A DNA stretch of 63,643 bases, the filler included, from Bigelowiella natans CCMP2755 (lineage: Eukaryota > Protista > Cercozoa): NCBI GenBank assembly GCA_000320545.1. It is 7 parts of 7 records of this genome, joined end to end, with 100 filler letters (N's around TTAATTAATTAA, not from the genome) between each part and the next. Parts side by side here need not be neighbours in the genome. Positions count along the whole stretch, not along the records: positions 1 to 5,372 come from ADNK01000705.1; positions 5,473 to 7,577 come from ADNK01001250.1; positions 7,678 to 31,673 come from ADNK01000594.1; 4 more parts are not named here. One strand, 5' to 3'. Position 1 is the stretch's first letter. Each line of letters begins with the position of its first letter. Positions 1 to 12,645 of this stretch are shown in pieces. The notes below the pieces were generated by a model, which worked only from the letters and a program-made list of their open reading frames with translations, made no database searches and was not told where the DNA came from. Made by a program: the position numbers and the translations under genes.

Positions 1-148
1 TTTAGGCCACACATCGCCCCCCCTTAACCCCCCCCACATCCCATGAATCTTTTTAAGCCTAGATTCCCCCCCCTCCCCCCCCTTTAGCCCTCTCTCCCCC
101 CAACTCTGTGCAGTCAAAACTCGTCCTGGACTATACGACAACACATTA

Positions 149-1312
149 CCTGGATAAGCGCAAATATATCCTGAGGGGCCAGAACGGGATTGACAACCAC
201 GGTCTCCCCCCCCCCTCCTCCTCCAGCAGCATTGGAAGTCGTAGCAGTAGCTTGCGTGCCCGATGTTGTCCCAGAGGCAGCGGCGACAGCTGCTGCTGCT
301 GCTGCTGCTGAAGCAGCAGCAATCGCTGCGACGGGATGGGTGATGACATTAGTGGTTTCATTGATATTAGTTGGTGTTGCGTTGGTGGTGGGGGGGGTAG
401 GCTGCTCATGATTGTTCGCTGCCGTTGCTTGTGCAGAGGAAGGGGGGCCGGAGGACGATGACGATGACGACGATTGTATACTAGCAGCATTTGGGTTGTT
501 GCTATTAGCTGCATCATTGGGATTAGCTGCGGCAGCTACTGCTGCCGCAGCTGCTGCAACTGCCTCCGCAAGCCCGCCATTATTTGTGGGAGCGATGGGA
601 GTCAGGCCCGCCCCTCCCCCCCCACCCCCCACGGGGGCCATCTGGAACATAAAGGGACCCAAGGGGTTGTTGAGGAGAGAATTAATCGTTGCAGCCTGAC
701 GAAAATACGCACTGAATTACTCTCCGATGGTAATGGCCGATCGCGACAGAGTGAGTTAGAGAGGGGGAAGAGAAAATTTGGTTGGGAAGGGGGGGGGGGA
801 GGTCGATGGAGTGCGAAGAGGAAGGATCTATCATGCGATTTTAGTGGAGATATGCAACTGTTCGTTCGATGGTAGGAGTCAGTATTATAAGATAGATGAA
901 AAGATCGATTGATTACCTGTGCCTGCACGGTTACATGCTGTTGATGTTGGTGGATTACTGCATCACCAGACCCAGTTGCAGCAGCAGCAGCTTGTTGCTT
1001 ATTATCCTCAACGCAGGTTACTTCTGATATAATCACCGACCAATCATTAAATCACGAACAAATGTTATGTGGATGAGAGAGAGAGAGAGAGAGATGTACG
1101 TATATAGCAAGGTCTCTCTACTCAGCCGTTGTATTACCTCCGCCTCCTTGCGTGCTAGGAGTTGGCATTGGAATAGACTCAGATATTGCCGCAAGGTTCC
1201 CAGCACCAGTGCCCTTTACTGCTTGTGCAATATAATATCTCTGGGGAAGCTGCTGTGCGCTCACCATCGCGCCGTTGTTGTTCGGATGTTGTCCTGAGAG
1301 AATATCACGCAA
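149..1312 (-). CDS. Multi-exon hypothetical protein, Ala/Gly/Asn/Ser/Thr-rich and low complexity; 3' end runs off the window
   Basis: GT-AG splicing of exons ~1290-1138, 1023-917 and 696-149 joins ORFs 1118..1312, 602..1036 and 114..662 in frame (QGGG|EVTCVEDNK...VQAQ|AATINSLLNNPLGPFMFQ...ALIQ|gt). No recognisable domain; start uncertain. Confidence 0.6.
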
Positions 1313-4300
1313 AGATTAAGGACGAAAGGACATGCTGCATCTGAACTCCGCCTGGAGAACAATTCCACCCAACGTCTCATTATGAGCGTCGCAGTTGCGT
1401 ATTTAACTGTGTCTCTCTCACACGTGGAAGGACCCCCCCACACACAACTCATTTCTCTTGTCGAAAATCGGAATTATCGGAGAACCCCGGAGGCTGTGTT
1501 CCCTTTGGAACCCATGGAAATAAATTTCAGTTCCATAGATTTATTTATAAAGCGTCCATAAGGGAAGCTCAAATCCGTAGATTTTGTGAAAAGTGAAGCC
1601 AGTATGAGAGGAAGATCGCCGTATGAAGGGGGGGGGGTGCGAAAGGATTGGTTGCATTTCTAATTGCACAATCGAGTTGAAGTTTAATCACCAAATCCTA
1701 ACATATTAGAATATCGATACCAGAAGAATGCGAAGGATCATCCTTTCCACGCTCGCCTTGTTCTCCTCCCATGATTGATGAGGGAGGAAGGGTGGGGGTC
1801 ACTGTGGCGCCGCTTTCGGCGGCCATTCAGCACTATGTGTGTTCCAAGATGAGTTTTTAAATATATAGTATTACTAAATTGATTATACATTTTCAAAAGC
1901 GTCAACAATATTTTTTTGTCTCATCAAATAATTGTCCAGAATTCTACTCACCATGGTTCCCTATTCAAAGACTATGGCAGAAGCGGTGTAGGGGATTTCA
2001 TATCAAAAGTGAGAATTAAATCTATAATTGTTCAAAATGACCTATAAATATTGAAATCCGGGCTTACACCCACCGAGCACCGGATTATCTCCGGGTTAGA
2101 AATAAAGGGATGTCACGGGATTTCACAGTTATCGACCGCAGAAAGAACCTCCAAGCAATTTTATATAACGACAATAACTCTGGCCTTAAATTTCAGGACA
2201 AAAGGAGCCGCCAAAACATTGGATAGAAAAAACCTGATCGGAAAAAAACGTTGTTCCGAACCATCATGTTTTTGTGCGATGTGCTAATGCGCCTCCCAAG
2301 TCAGCAGTTTTGACAGTTCGGACCTCTTCGAATCTTGACCAAATTTCTGGTCAAATCCCAGATAAGGGGTCTCAGCAGGCTGGTTCTCATGAACTGATCG
2401 ATGTGCCTTTTGTAGGCAAACTGGGCTTCGTGTGCATTGCGATCGTGCATGTGACTACTCACATAGATCTAGAGCACGAAAACAAGAAGAGAAAACAACA
2501 CGAGCTTGAGTGAGCGAACTGCTCGCTGAGAGGCCATGAGCAATGTCAGTTTTCGCTTTTACTCGGCATCTTGTCCCCTTTTCCTTGTCGCACATAATGA
2601 TATACCACCCTTTCCAGAATAATCACAAATTCCCACCTTGATTCAGCACGCGATCCCAGGGTAAACAGTGCCCTAGTGGGTTCGATGGTTTCCATTAAAG
2701 CTAAAAATAAGAAATTATTTGATGTCGCTCGAATAAATAACACTGCGAATTGTTGCGACACTCTGCCGAGCCTCGCCTCATCAGTGCTGAGGGTCAGTCA
2801 AAGCGAACCCACGCTTTGGTCCCGCCGCCCTCACTCCCCTTCGCCGCCGAGGCGGTGAACCTTCAATCGGGATTTCTGACTTCCCGCGGACAATTTGGAA
2901 GGGGAAAATTCGACTGGTAATCGCGTTTTCCTTAACGCATGCATTTCTGTGATGTTAATGAGCGGGGCGCCGACGACATTGCGTGTCGATTGTCAACCGC
3001 CGTTCCTTCCACGCTCGAATCTGGAGGCCAAGAGCAGAAATGGATGATAACCCATGGCAAACGAATCTACGATTTGGAAAAATCGATTGCGGCTAGAGAA
3101 AGCGGTTTGGGGGGGCGTGCGACTGAAATTAGTACTCTACGCGATGCTACTGCTTCCAATTATCGCTCCCATGACGCTTGCTGGTTCGCCAGACATCGTG
3201 CTCCATCCAACGACCACGAAACATCCAATGAAAATGATGATTAGTCCAAAATCAATCGATTCTGCAAACTTGTTTAGCCGTTTTCGATTGAAATGTTGTG
3301 TGAATGCTGAGCGACTCTCGTATCGATTGGTCACATCGATGTGGCCGATAATGTATAAAACGTGAATCTCCGTTTACTAAACGGAATAGCACCCATGCGA
3401 AGATTTGGATCATTATGGATGCCATGAAGGCATGGTTAGGGTGAAACATAGTCGACCCCCCTTTCCGTATCAGGATCAGGAAATTGCCTCGCATTTAAGC
3501 AGCGAGGGGGGGAGAATGAACGAATTTTGACTGATATAACAATTACTTAATCGCTCGTTTTGACAATTACTTGATCGCTCGTTTTGCTAATATGGATTTC
3601 CAATTTGCCAAAATTCTTAGGACACGTATCAGGGCGAAAGACATGAGTTCTGCGAAGAATGGTGGCTCCTCCTCCTCTCGTTCTGGCCGCCCGTCTAGAA
3701 AAAGGCACAAGCCCACAATGTATTCGCCTCCGGGAAGAGTCATGCCAGGTTTCCATTTGCTGATCTTACCCGCACTAACATTTACGGCAAAAATCAAATA
3801 TGATTTATGTGCACAACGATGATGTCATCCGTTTTTCTTTGCTTATTTTAAATATCCGCCATGTGATATATGCATATACACGTGGTATATATATATACAC
3901 GTGTTATATATATACACGTGTTATTTATAAAACCTGCATTATGTACCCGTATAACGATTAACGCGCAATACTTTGTAGGCCAATAGACATCAAACGCGGT
4001 CATCATTGAATTCACACAAAAGCAGCACGATTCTCATTTCTTTTGAAGTTCAGTGCCGTACACACTGTTGGCTTATCTCTGAGCTTGGTGTGCATTGAAT
4101 ACCACAGGATGGAAGGCGGTGCAAATAGCAGGAAAAATCGCGTTGAGAGAGAAGAGGAAGGCTGCTGCAGCCGCTGCGTCTTCGCGAAAATCCTCGCCAT
4201 CCAAACGGAAAAATCGAAAGCCGTCCGCAAGAAGTAATCCGTTATGACTATTACTTCAACAATATGAATCGTTTCTGAGAAATGCGCCGAAATATTCCAT

Positions 4301-4337
4301 CGTGTGTCGTTTGCCATTTCCTCAGTGGTCTAATAGA

Positions 4338-4373
<36 letters not shown>

Positions 4374-4427
4374 ATAAATATTCAGCGAAAAAGTGCGAGA
4401 CCTGCAAGAAGAGCCACGAGTGATAAA

Positions 4428-4539
4428 TGAGCGTGATGGTGTTGTTGTATTATCTTTCACAATTTCTAGCTGAAAGACGTTTTTTGTGAAGGCGAGAAGA
4501 TTATATAAGCTTCCAAACCCCCCTCCTTCCCTCTTCGTT

Positions 4540-4577
<38 letters not shown>

Positions 4578-5065
4578 CTGATTCCTTACAATCCAATACG
4601 TCCTCCCCGTGCCACCACCACCGCTTCTTCATCTTTACTACCAGCGGGACCTACGGATCTGGACGCTTCTGCAGCGTTCGTTGCGCCAACACGTTTTCTT
4701 CCACAGGTCATATCAAACGTGGTTATGCTAAGACTTATAGTGTAGTGTGTATGGTACCTTGGTATGTGTGTGTGTGTGTGTGTGTGTGTGTATGCGCGCG
4801 CGCGCTCATAAATCTCTCGAATCAACGATAGTAGTATTTTCAACAATATTGCCCATTTGCAACCATTTCCCTAAAAATAAGGGGAAATAATTAGTTTCAT
4901 CTTCTCTCTCCTCCCCCTCCTCCTCCTCCTCTTCTTCTTCTTCATCATCATCGTCATCATCATCATCAATATCAGCCAAATCGCGGAAGGCGACGGATGA
5001 GAGGGCTACGAGGAAGAATACGGTGTGCTATTCACGCATACACGCCCACATGATACATTACCTGT

Positions 5066-5104
<39 letters not shown>

Positions 5105-5232
5105 TGTGTGAGTGTGTGTTTGAGCGTGATGGTGTTGTTGTATTATCTTTCACAATTTCTAGCTGAAAGACGTTTTTTGTGAAGGCGAGAAGATTATATA
5201 AGCTTCCAAACCCCCCTCCTTCCCTCTTCGTT

Positions 5233-5270
<38 letters not shown>

Positions 5271-5372
5271 CTGATTCCTTACAATCCAATACGTCCTCCC
5301 CGTGCCACCACCACCGCTTCTTCATCTTACTACCAGCGGGACCTACGGATCTGGACGCTTCTGCAGCGTTCG
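4428..5372. repeat. Near-identical ~250 bp duplication (4428-4680 = 5121-5372) ending at a contig gap; probably an assembly artefact
   Basis: The copies match apart from (AT)n length. The second starts in a (TG)n microsatellite and ends at the N spacer. Confidence 0.75.
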
Positions 5373-5472
5373 NNNNNNNNNNNNNNNNNNNNNNNNNNNN
5401 NNNNNNNNNNNNNNNNTTAATTAATTAANNNNNNNNNNNNNNNNNNNNNNNNNNNNNNNNNNNNNNNNNNNN
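5373..5472. other. Artificial contig spacer N44-TTAATTAATTAA-N44 (also at 7578-7677, 31674-31773, 41519-41618, 61226-61325, 62425-62524)
   Basis: The same 100-bp structure occurs six times. The 12-mer gives stop codons in all six frames. Confidence 0.97.
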
Positions 5473-5519
5473 TGTGTGTGTGTATTTTGTGTTTGTGATC
5501 AATGCTAACAGAATAGAAC

Positions 5520-5618
5520 ACACTGCACAAGGAAGTGATGGCTCGCACTCCTTACATCGTCGTCCACTATATCGAAATCGTCCCCAAACGCGTCCTGCAT
5601 CTCTTCCATCTAGACCAT

Positions 5619-5656
<38 letters not shown>

Positions 5657-6631
5657 CAGTGAACGAAGGCACACATACTATACATTCATACATTCCCACC
5701 ATACCGCTTTGCTGACGTGCTTCACATCGATGATCAGGGTTCCTCCACCCTTTAGATTCAGCTTCGCACCGTGCGAGCGCAGCTTGCGGATCTATGGTAG
5801 GATTCAGGACGGGGGTGCCGACGGGAGAGCGAAGGCGTGAGTGGGCGATTGAAACATGATGATGACGATGATGCTGCCGCTCAATAGAGAGGCAGTATAT
5901 GCTTTGGGAGCTATAGAAACATATCATCACCATCACCATCATTATCACCATCATTCTTCTTCTCCTTCTCTCCTGTCTACTGCTGCTAAATCGTCGTCGT
6001 CGTTGTCGTCAACTATTACCAGCTCTCTGACTGTGAGACTGGCTCCGGCTACCGGCGTTTCCCGGCTCCTGCGTGTTAAGGAGGAGGAGGAGGAGGGCGT
6101 GTTGTCGTCGTCATTGCGACGATTGTGCAAGAACATGATGAGGAGTCTTCTACAGTAAGGCGACGACCATAACTTGCACTCGAGTTGTTTCATTTCATAC
6201 CATTGTTGACTAAAGAATGAATGCTACATCCCATGCTACTTACCCAGTAATCACGCGCACATACAAATACCATTCAGCATACACCTATACCTCTCTGCGA
6301 GGATGATCGCGAATTTGGCCTCACCCATGTCCTGCAGCAACACGAACACCGCAAACAACACACAAAAGCAAAAAATCGTTAAACTTCAAAAGAAACAACG
6401 ACTAGGAACTTTACTCACACAATGCTATACAGCAGCAGCTGCAGTGTATGTTAGTTGTGTGCCTTCTCCCCCACGCGTATCACCACCACCTTGCTCTCGT
6501 CGAGGGTGAAGGACATTTCTTGATTCCACTTCGTGTTGACAGCGGCTTGGACTTGCCGTGTTTTCTTTGTCACTTTGGCACTCGCACCAGGCAAGCTCAC
6601 CGACACGAACATCGACTGTTTATATGTAGGC

Positions 6632-6668
<37 letters not shown>

Positions 6669-6800
6669 CGATTCTTCTTCTTTTCTTCAGGTTTTTCTTT
6701 CTTGTTATCACCGTCATCAATATCATCACAATGTTGTCGCTTACCGCTTTCTTCTTCGGATCAACATTTAAACCTTCTGCACTCACAATCTGATGAATAC
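5520..6800 (-). CDS. Multi-exon C2-domain protein (partial; probably extends to ~4.0 kb and ~7.3 kb)
   Basis: Exon peptides QIVSAEGLNVDPKKKAVS / MFVSVSLPGASAKVTKKTRQVQAAVNTKWNQEMSFTLDESKVVVIRVGEK / DMGEAKFAI follow the C2 pattern (A.gL; V.v; kT......p.WnE.f.F; lG.a.i). Introns carry microsatellites. Confidence 0.55.
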
Positions 6801-8156
6801 CATGCACACGACGGATCGGTAGGCAGCAGCGTGATGAAAGGGGGGAAGAAGAAGAGGGACAAGCTACAGCCCCAAGAAGAGAAAGGAATTCGACGAAGAA
6901 CAGGGCGAAAAAAAGCAAAAGCAACAGCAGTGCACGCACCTTAATATCAACGTGACCGTCCAACGTGTCGCGAGTATCTTCATCCTACAACATTGGTCTA
7001 ATATGAGCACTGGGAGCTCTGGGGTGGTTTTGTACCATTGCGTAAGTATATTAATTACTTATTGTTATCATTCTTTTCTTTTTTTTTTCCCTCTTGTTTA
7101 TTATTTTATTATGGAGCACAAATCTGGACAAAGAATATCCACATATCGTAAGAGTGCTGTTTGTCTGTAGCTGGGGTGCATCTTTTCGATGTAAGATCGG
7201 GTATCATTGTTTGCATGTCCCCCCTCCCCTCCCCCCCCTTCGATAGAGTAGTATGCCTGGCATTGCTTGATCCGTGCGTCGATTGCTGGGCCGATGACAC
7301 TGAAAGGTAGTAGACAAGAAATATACCACACGGCAGCGTTAATATCTACCCACTACGCGTCAAAGCGTGTGCGCCCATATGCCTCCAAGTCCATAATAAT
7401 ATGTGTGTGTATATATATTATATATGTGTGTGTTAGGAAGCATACCTGTATACTTTACCCGTCATTTTTTCCAACGTACCTCCTTTTCCTTCAAAAATAC
7501 CACGCACATAAGTGATAGTTGGGTACTACTGCTTCTCGCGCGCACGCACACACAATACACACACAGAGAGAGAGAGANNNNNNNNNNNNNNNNNNNNNNN
7601 NNNNNNNNNNNNNNNNNNNNNTTAATTAATTAANNNNNNNNNNNNNNNNNNNNNNNNNNNNNNNNNNNNNNNNNNNNACCCCCCCCCCCCCCCCCCCCCC
7701 CCTCCCCTGAAACAACGACAACGAAAGGTCCCTGACAGCGCGCCGGGGATAGCCGCAGCGATCCGAAGGGCACGGGAGTCTTCGGGGATGATTTCTGCCG
7801 GAAAAAGAGCAGCAGCGCCCTGCAGCAATCAGCCAGCACGATCGCCCCTGTTGGAGCATCCTCCTCCTCCTCCTCCCCCTCCGCTTTAAAGCAGCAGCAA
7901 AGCAGCCTCGCCACGACCGAACACAAAGGAAGGGGAGGAGGAGGAGGAGAAGGGGGCGGGGAGGGGAATGTGTTTGACGGCGGATTTTGGAGCTCCACGA
8001 CAACAGCGGGGGGTCGGCCCACGACGCCCCCCATTGCTAGGTGGGTGGGGGCATTATTATTATCAGCTTTTTCATTCGATATTGCTGCTGCAAACTAATT
8101 TCCTCTGCTGCTGCGCGGAGAGCGGCCCGGAAACGCGTTCCGTTCGTCAGTCTTCG

Positions 8157-8192
<36 letters not shown>

Positions 8193-8222
8193 GTATTCGC
8201 CATTCCCTATATATGTGTGTGT

Positions 8223-8265
<43 letters not shown>

Positions 8266-8387
8266 TCTGCGTCTGCTGCTACTGCAGCTTACCAACGTCA
8301 CCAATCAACTCGCTTGTCGGCGCTGCTGCTGTACTGTCGGGTAGCATCTTATTCACATTCTATTCTCGTGTTTGCAGTAGCCGGAGC

Positions 8388-9149
8388 ATGGACAGCTTGA
8401 GCGCCACCCAGCCCCTTCCTTCCGTGCCGGCCGGCGATGGTAGCAGCAGTAGTGGCAGAGGAGAGGGGGCAGGGAAAGAGCAGAAGAAGAAGCAGCAGCA
8501 GCACGGAGAAGGGCTTGAGGGAGAGGCAGGGCAGCTCCCTAAGATCAAGGAGGAGCAGGCGAATAGCGTTGCGAGGTAGTGCTGACCATCCTCTCTCACA
8601 CCAAGATCATACCAAGCATCACTACCATCAACACCCTGCCAACCAAACTCGCTCGAGTCTCATTGATTTTCATTTTCTTGACGCTGTTTACTCGCTCCCC
8701 CCCCCCCCCCCCCCCTTTTTCCTCGCTTTTCTACCCTGTGACAACAGCCTGCAGCAGAAATCAACTGGCGTCACCGCCGTCAATGCAAGCAGCACCACCG
8801 CCAGCAGCGCCAATGATCTAAACGATACGAGTGGTCAGCAAAAAACAGAAGGAGGAGGAGGAGGAGTAGTGCTATCTTCTTCAATGACCGCAACGTCGAG
8901 GGCGGATACAAAGCATTCTTCTTCTTCGGCCTATTCATCGTCATCTGCAGGCTCCGGCACGGATAACAAGAAGACGCAGCAGCAGAGCACTGCTACTACT
9001 ACTACTACTACTACTAGTACTACTACTACTGCTGCTGCCACCGGCGGGCAAGGAGTAGTTGTCAATGACGGCGCGGCGCCAGTTCCAGAATATCGGTGCA
9101 CGGATGACCTGCATATGCAGTGCAAGGTGGTGATTTCGAAGATGTTGTC

Positions 9150-9182
<33 letters not shown>

Positions 9183-9827
9183 GTTGTTGTGATTCGATGC
9201 TGTTGTTGCTGCTAAGTTTGCTGTCTTGTGGTAGTAGTAGTAGTAGTAGTAGTAGTAGGAGGAGGAGGAGGAGGAGGAGGAGGAGGAGGAGGGGAAGGGG
9301 GGGGGAGGGTGGGTGTCATGGTACATCGCAGGATGGTAAGGGAGGTTTGCAGTGGTGATCATCACAGTCGCTCCCTTTCTACTTTAATAATATAAGTTTC
9401 ACCGCTTATCATCATCATCATCAATCATCATCATCAACAACCACTCTCATCCCAACACCGCCCCCCCCCGGCAGGATCTGCTCGGTGTGATCGGGCGCAG
9501 CTACATCTTCACGCAAAGCATTAACGTCAAGAAGAAGCTGCTGCAGAGCGTGATCGAGAAGAGCGGCGGCCTTCACGAGGCCAAGCTCGACATCAACGTG
9601 ATGCGGCTGATGAGGACCAAATTGCAGCGTTGGCAGCAGCTAGAGGATGCAATCGGCAGCGAGATGGTGATGATGATGATAATGATAATGACGACCACCA
9701 CCATGATGATGATGATGATGATGGTGATGATGGTGGTGGTGATATGGGGGGCAGGTGGAGGCCTTCAAGGAGACGTTGCTCGCTCCTATCCGAAGCATGC
9801 TTCCTGCCAACGCGAAGTTGGACGCAA

Positions 9828-9867
<40 letters not shown>

Positions 9868-9909
9868 AAGTGTGTGTGATAGTAAGTGGCGCGATTGTAT
9901 ATCGCCGCA

Positions 9910-9948
<39 letters not shown>

Positions 9949-10334
9949 CAGGCTACAAATAGATCACGAAGGCGAAGAGCTGTGGTAGAGGAATAAAAAA
10001 GGAGAAAATGTTTCCTTCTTCACGACGCCAACAGTAGTAGCCGATGAGGCGCAGCAATGCTACTACTACTTCTACTACTACTACTACCACTACTACTACT
10101 ACTACTTCTAATGCTGATTCTTTGATGATTATGTAGGAATCCCATAGTTTGCTTGTCATGGCGAGCGGATATGGGCTAGGGCTATTGAAGTATGTGGCCA
10201 AGTACGGGGTCACAGCGAGGCAGAAGACATCGCTGCGCTCAGTGTTTTGGGCTGTGAAGGAGACTTTCGATAGATGCAGCAAGCGGAAGACGGAGGTGCG
10301 CGGGCGCGTGCGTGCGTGTGTGCGTGTGTGTGTT

Positions 10335-10387
<53 letters not shown>

Positions 10388-10462
10388 AGCACTTGTGTAA
10401 AATACGAAGAGGAAGAAGAAGAAGAAGATATAAATCTTCGATTCTTTCTTTTCCATCGCCGC

Positions 10463-10506
<44 letters not shown>

Positions 10507-10617
10507 CCCTCCCTCCTCTCCCTCCTCTCTTTCTCTCTTTCTTCTCAGTGGTTTATTGCATAGAATGCACACCTCTCCAATTCTCCTCTCCGTAGACACA
10601 CAAACATGCACACATTA

Positions 10618-10657
<40 letters not shown>

Positions 10658-10799
10658 GTTCATATTGTGGTTATGTCAGGAAAAGGCCTCAGCTATTCAA
10701 TACCTGATGAGTCACGATATATTCTCGAAACAAATCAAGGTAAGAGTAGTAGCAGTCGCAGTAGCAGTAAGTAGGAGAAGTGATGTTGGGTCGGATAAG

Positions 10800-10834
<35 letters not shown>

Positions 10835-11050
10835 AATCATATCTTAAAGTACACTGCTAGAACTACATCCAGCAGCACCGTGTGTTCGCTGTGAGACCTC
10901 GCTCTGCTTCTGGTTGCTGTTGTTGTTGTTGTTGTTGTGTGGTGTGCCGCTAATCGAGAGAGTAATGATTGATGGATGGCCGTGGATGATTGTCTATGTT
11001 CATATAATGATAATAATAATAATAATAATGATGATATTATTATACACAAA

Positions 11051-11091
<41 letters not shown>

Positions 11092-11705
11092 TACAGGTCG
11101 GCAACTCCGACGTGGACGCTTTAGTGGCCTCGGTTCTGTACTCAAAACAGGTTGATGATCACCCCGAAACATGCCACCTCATCTATCATCTATCTGCGCC
11201 ACTCGTTGCCCCTACCTACGCTGGCCGGCCCGTTGTTAGTGCGTGCGTGTTGTTGTCCTGCTCTACAAGCCGTGCAAATCTTGCATTCCCATGTGATTTC
11301 GCGGGGTGCGTTCCAAACAATACTGAGAGGATTTCGGTTGATCTGTCAAATGAATGGCCAGTTTTTGTTGTTGGTTGTCGTGCTTAACCCCCCCCCCCCC
11401 TACCCAGGGAATTCAGCAAGGGAGAACGCTTGTTGAGGGGCTGCGGTTCGCCACACAAAAGGGGCAGAAGTACGAAACGTTCCGGGGTAATAAGCAACAA
11501 CAATAATATAAAGACTACAGCGATTTGAGGCGTATTAGCGATGATCGTGCCGATCGAGTGATGGAACTGCAATGCAGGAATCACGCCTCATATATGCCTA
11601 ATACCATGTGGTCTTCTTCTCAGGTTTGATAGATCGCGTTCGGGCCCATTGCAACGCTTGAAAGATGATGATGATGATGACGACGATGATGATAAGCTCA
11701 TGTAG
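8388..11705 (+). CDS. Multi-exon hypothetical protein
   Basis: Run of coding-like exons with GT/AG borders between microsatellite introns: MDSLSATQP..., YRCTDDLHMQCK|, DLLGVIGRSYIFTQSINVKKKLLQ...IGSE, ESHSLLVMASGYG...KRKTE|, EKASAIQYLMSHDIFSKQIK|, VGNSDVDALVASVLYSKQ|. Family not assigned; ends approximate. Confidence 0.45.
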
Positions 11706-11916
11706 TCGTGCCGATGACACCCGCTTGCTGCATGCGCCCGGCCAAAGATATGGTGTTGCTTTGTTTGGCTAGGACGTCTATCTCGACGGTCGGCATAGCT
11801 AGATAGTATGCGGTGTGCTTCTTGTATGTGTAGATGTTATTTTGGTTGGTATCCATAGATATGCGTTGCGTTGAAACTCCAATTTCATGATCAATGTGCG
11901 GCGCCCAGGAATTCAT

Positions 11917-11938
11917 CTCTAGATCTAGTCACGTGTGT

Positions 11939-11981
<43 letters not shown>

Positions 11982-12460
11982 AGCTAGCTAGAGGTAGAGA
12001 GCTAGATGGCTAGATGGCTAGATGAAGATCTCTAGTTAGCTAGCTAGCTAGCTAGCTAGTTAGCTAGTAGATCTGCTAGAGATCTGAAATGCTAGAATGG
12101 CCTCGCTAGCTCGTCTAGTCGTGCTAGCGTGTGGCATTCTAGCATTGCATCATCCTGGCGGCATCGCTTATGAGCAGACTAGCTAGCTAGCTAGCTAGGT
12201 AGAGCTAGCTAGCTAGAGAGGGTTGTGACGGCGCGCACTCGCTAGCTCGCATCACTAACATAGCTAGCTAGCGAGCTAGATGCACACAAGCCAGCTAACA
12301 GCTACACAGCTAGCTAGTAAGCTAGTAAGCTAGCTAGCTAGCAAGTCTAGAATGCGAAGGTTACGCCGTCATCAGTCTAATTTTCTAGCATAGAGCGCGC
12401 TAGTGCTAGTGCGAGCTACACGCCTAGCTAGCTAGAGGCCTTACGTACGTAGCAAAATGA
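11917..12460. repeat. CTAG/(GCTA)n-saturated degenerate block
   Basis: Dozens of CTAG tetramers, in tandem and scattered, within ~540 bp. Confidence 0.85.
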
Positions 12461-12645
12461 CTTAGTTCATGCGAAGATTCAGCTCATCTAGTAATGAAGA
12501 TGCTCTACATTGTTTACATAAATGAACAATTATTTACATAAATGAGAAAATGAACATGTAAAGATTACACATTCTGAGAATTTTAAACTTTCTTTTCAAG
12601 TTTATTACATATTACTATTTTGAAACATTTTTTCTGTCATACAAA

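Noticed and set aside
2051-3822. Short ORFs as a gene or transposase
   Set aside because: Some exon-like stretches (e.g. minus strand ~2300-2470), but no coherent model or motif.
9760-11150. TBC (LQGDVARSYP) or DHH/PIN (GNSDVDAL) domain call for the 8.4-11.7 kb gene
   Set aside because: Single short motifs without the other family signatures.
4586-11387. ORFs made of CVCV, HTHT, RERE, YIYI and poly-amino-acid runs
   Set aside because: They are translations of intronic microsatellites.
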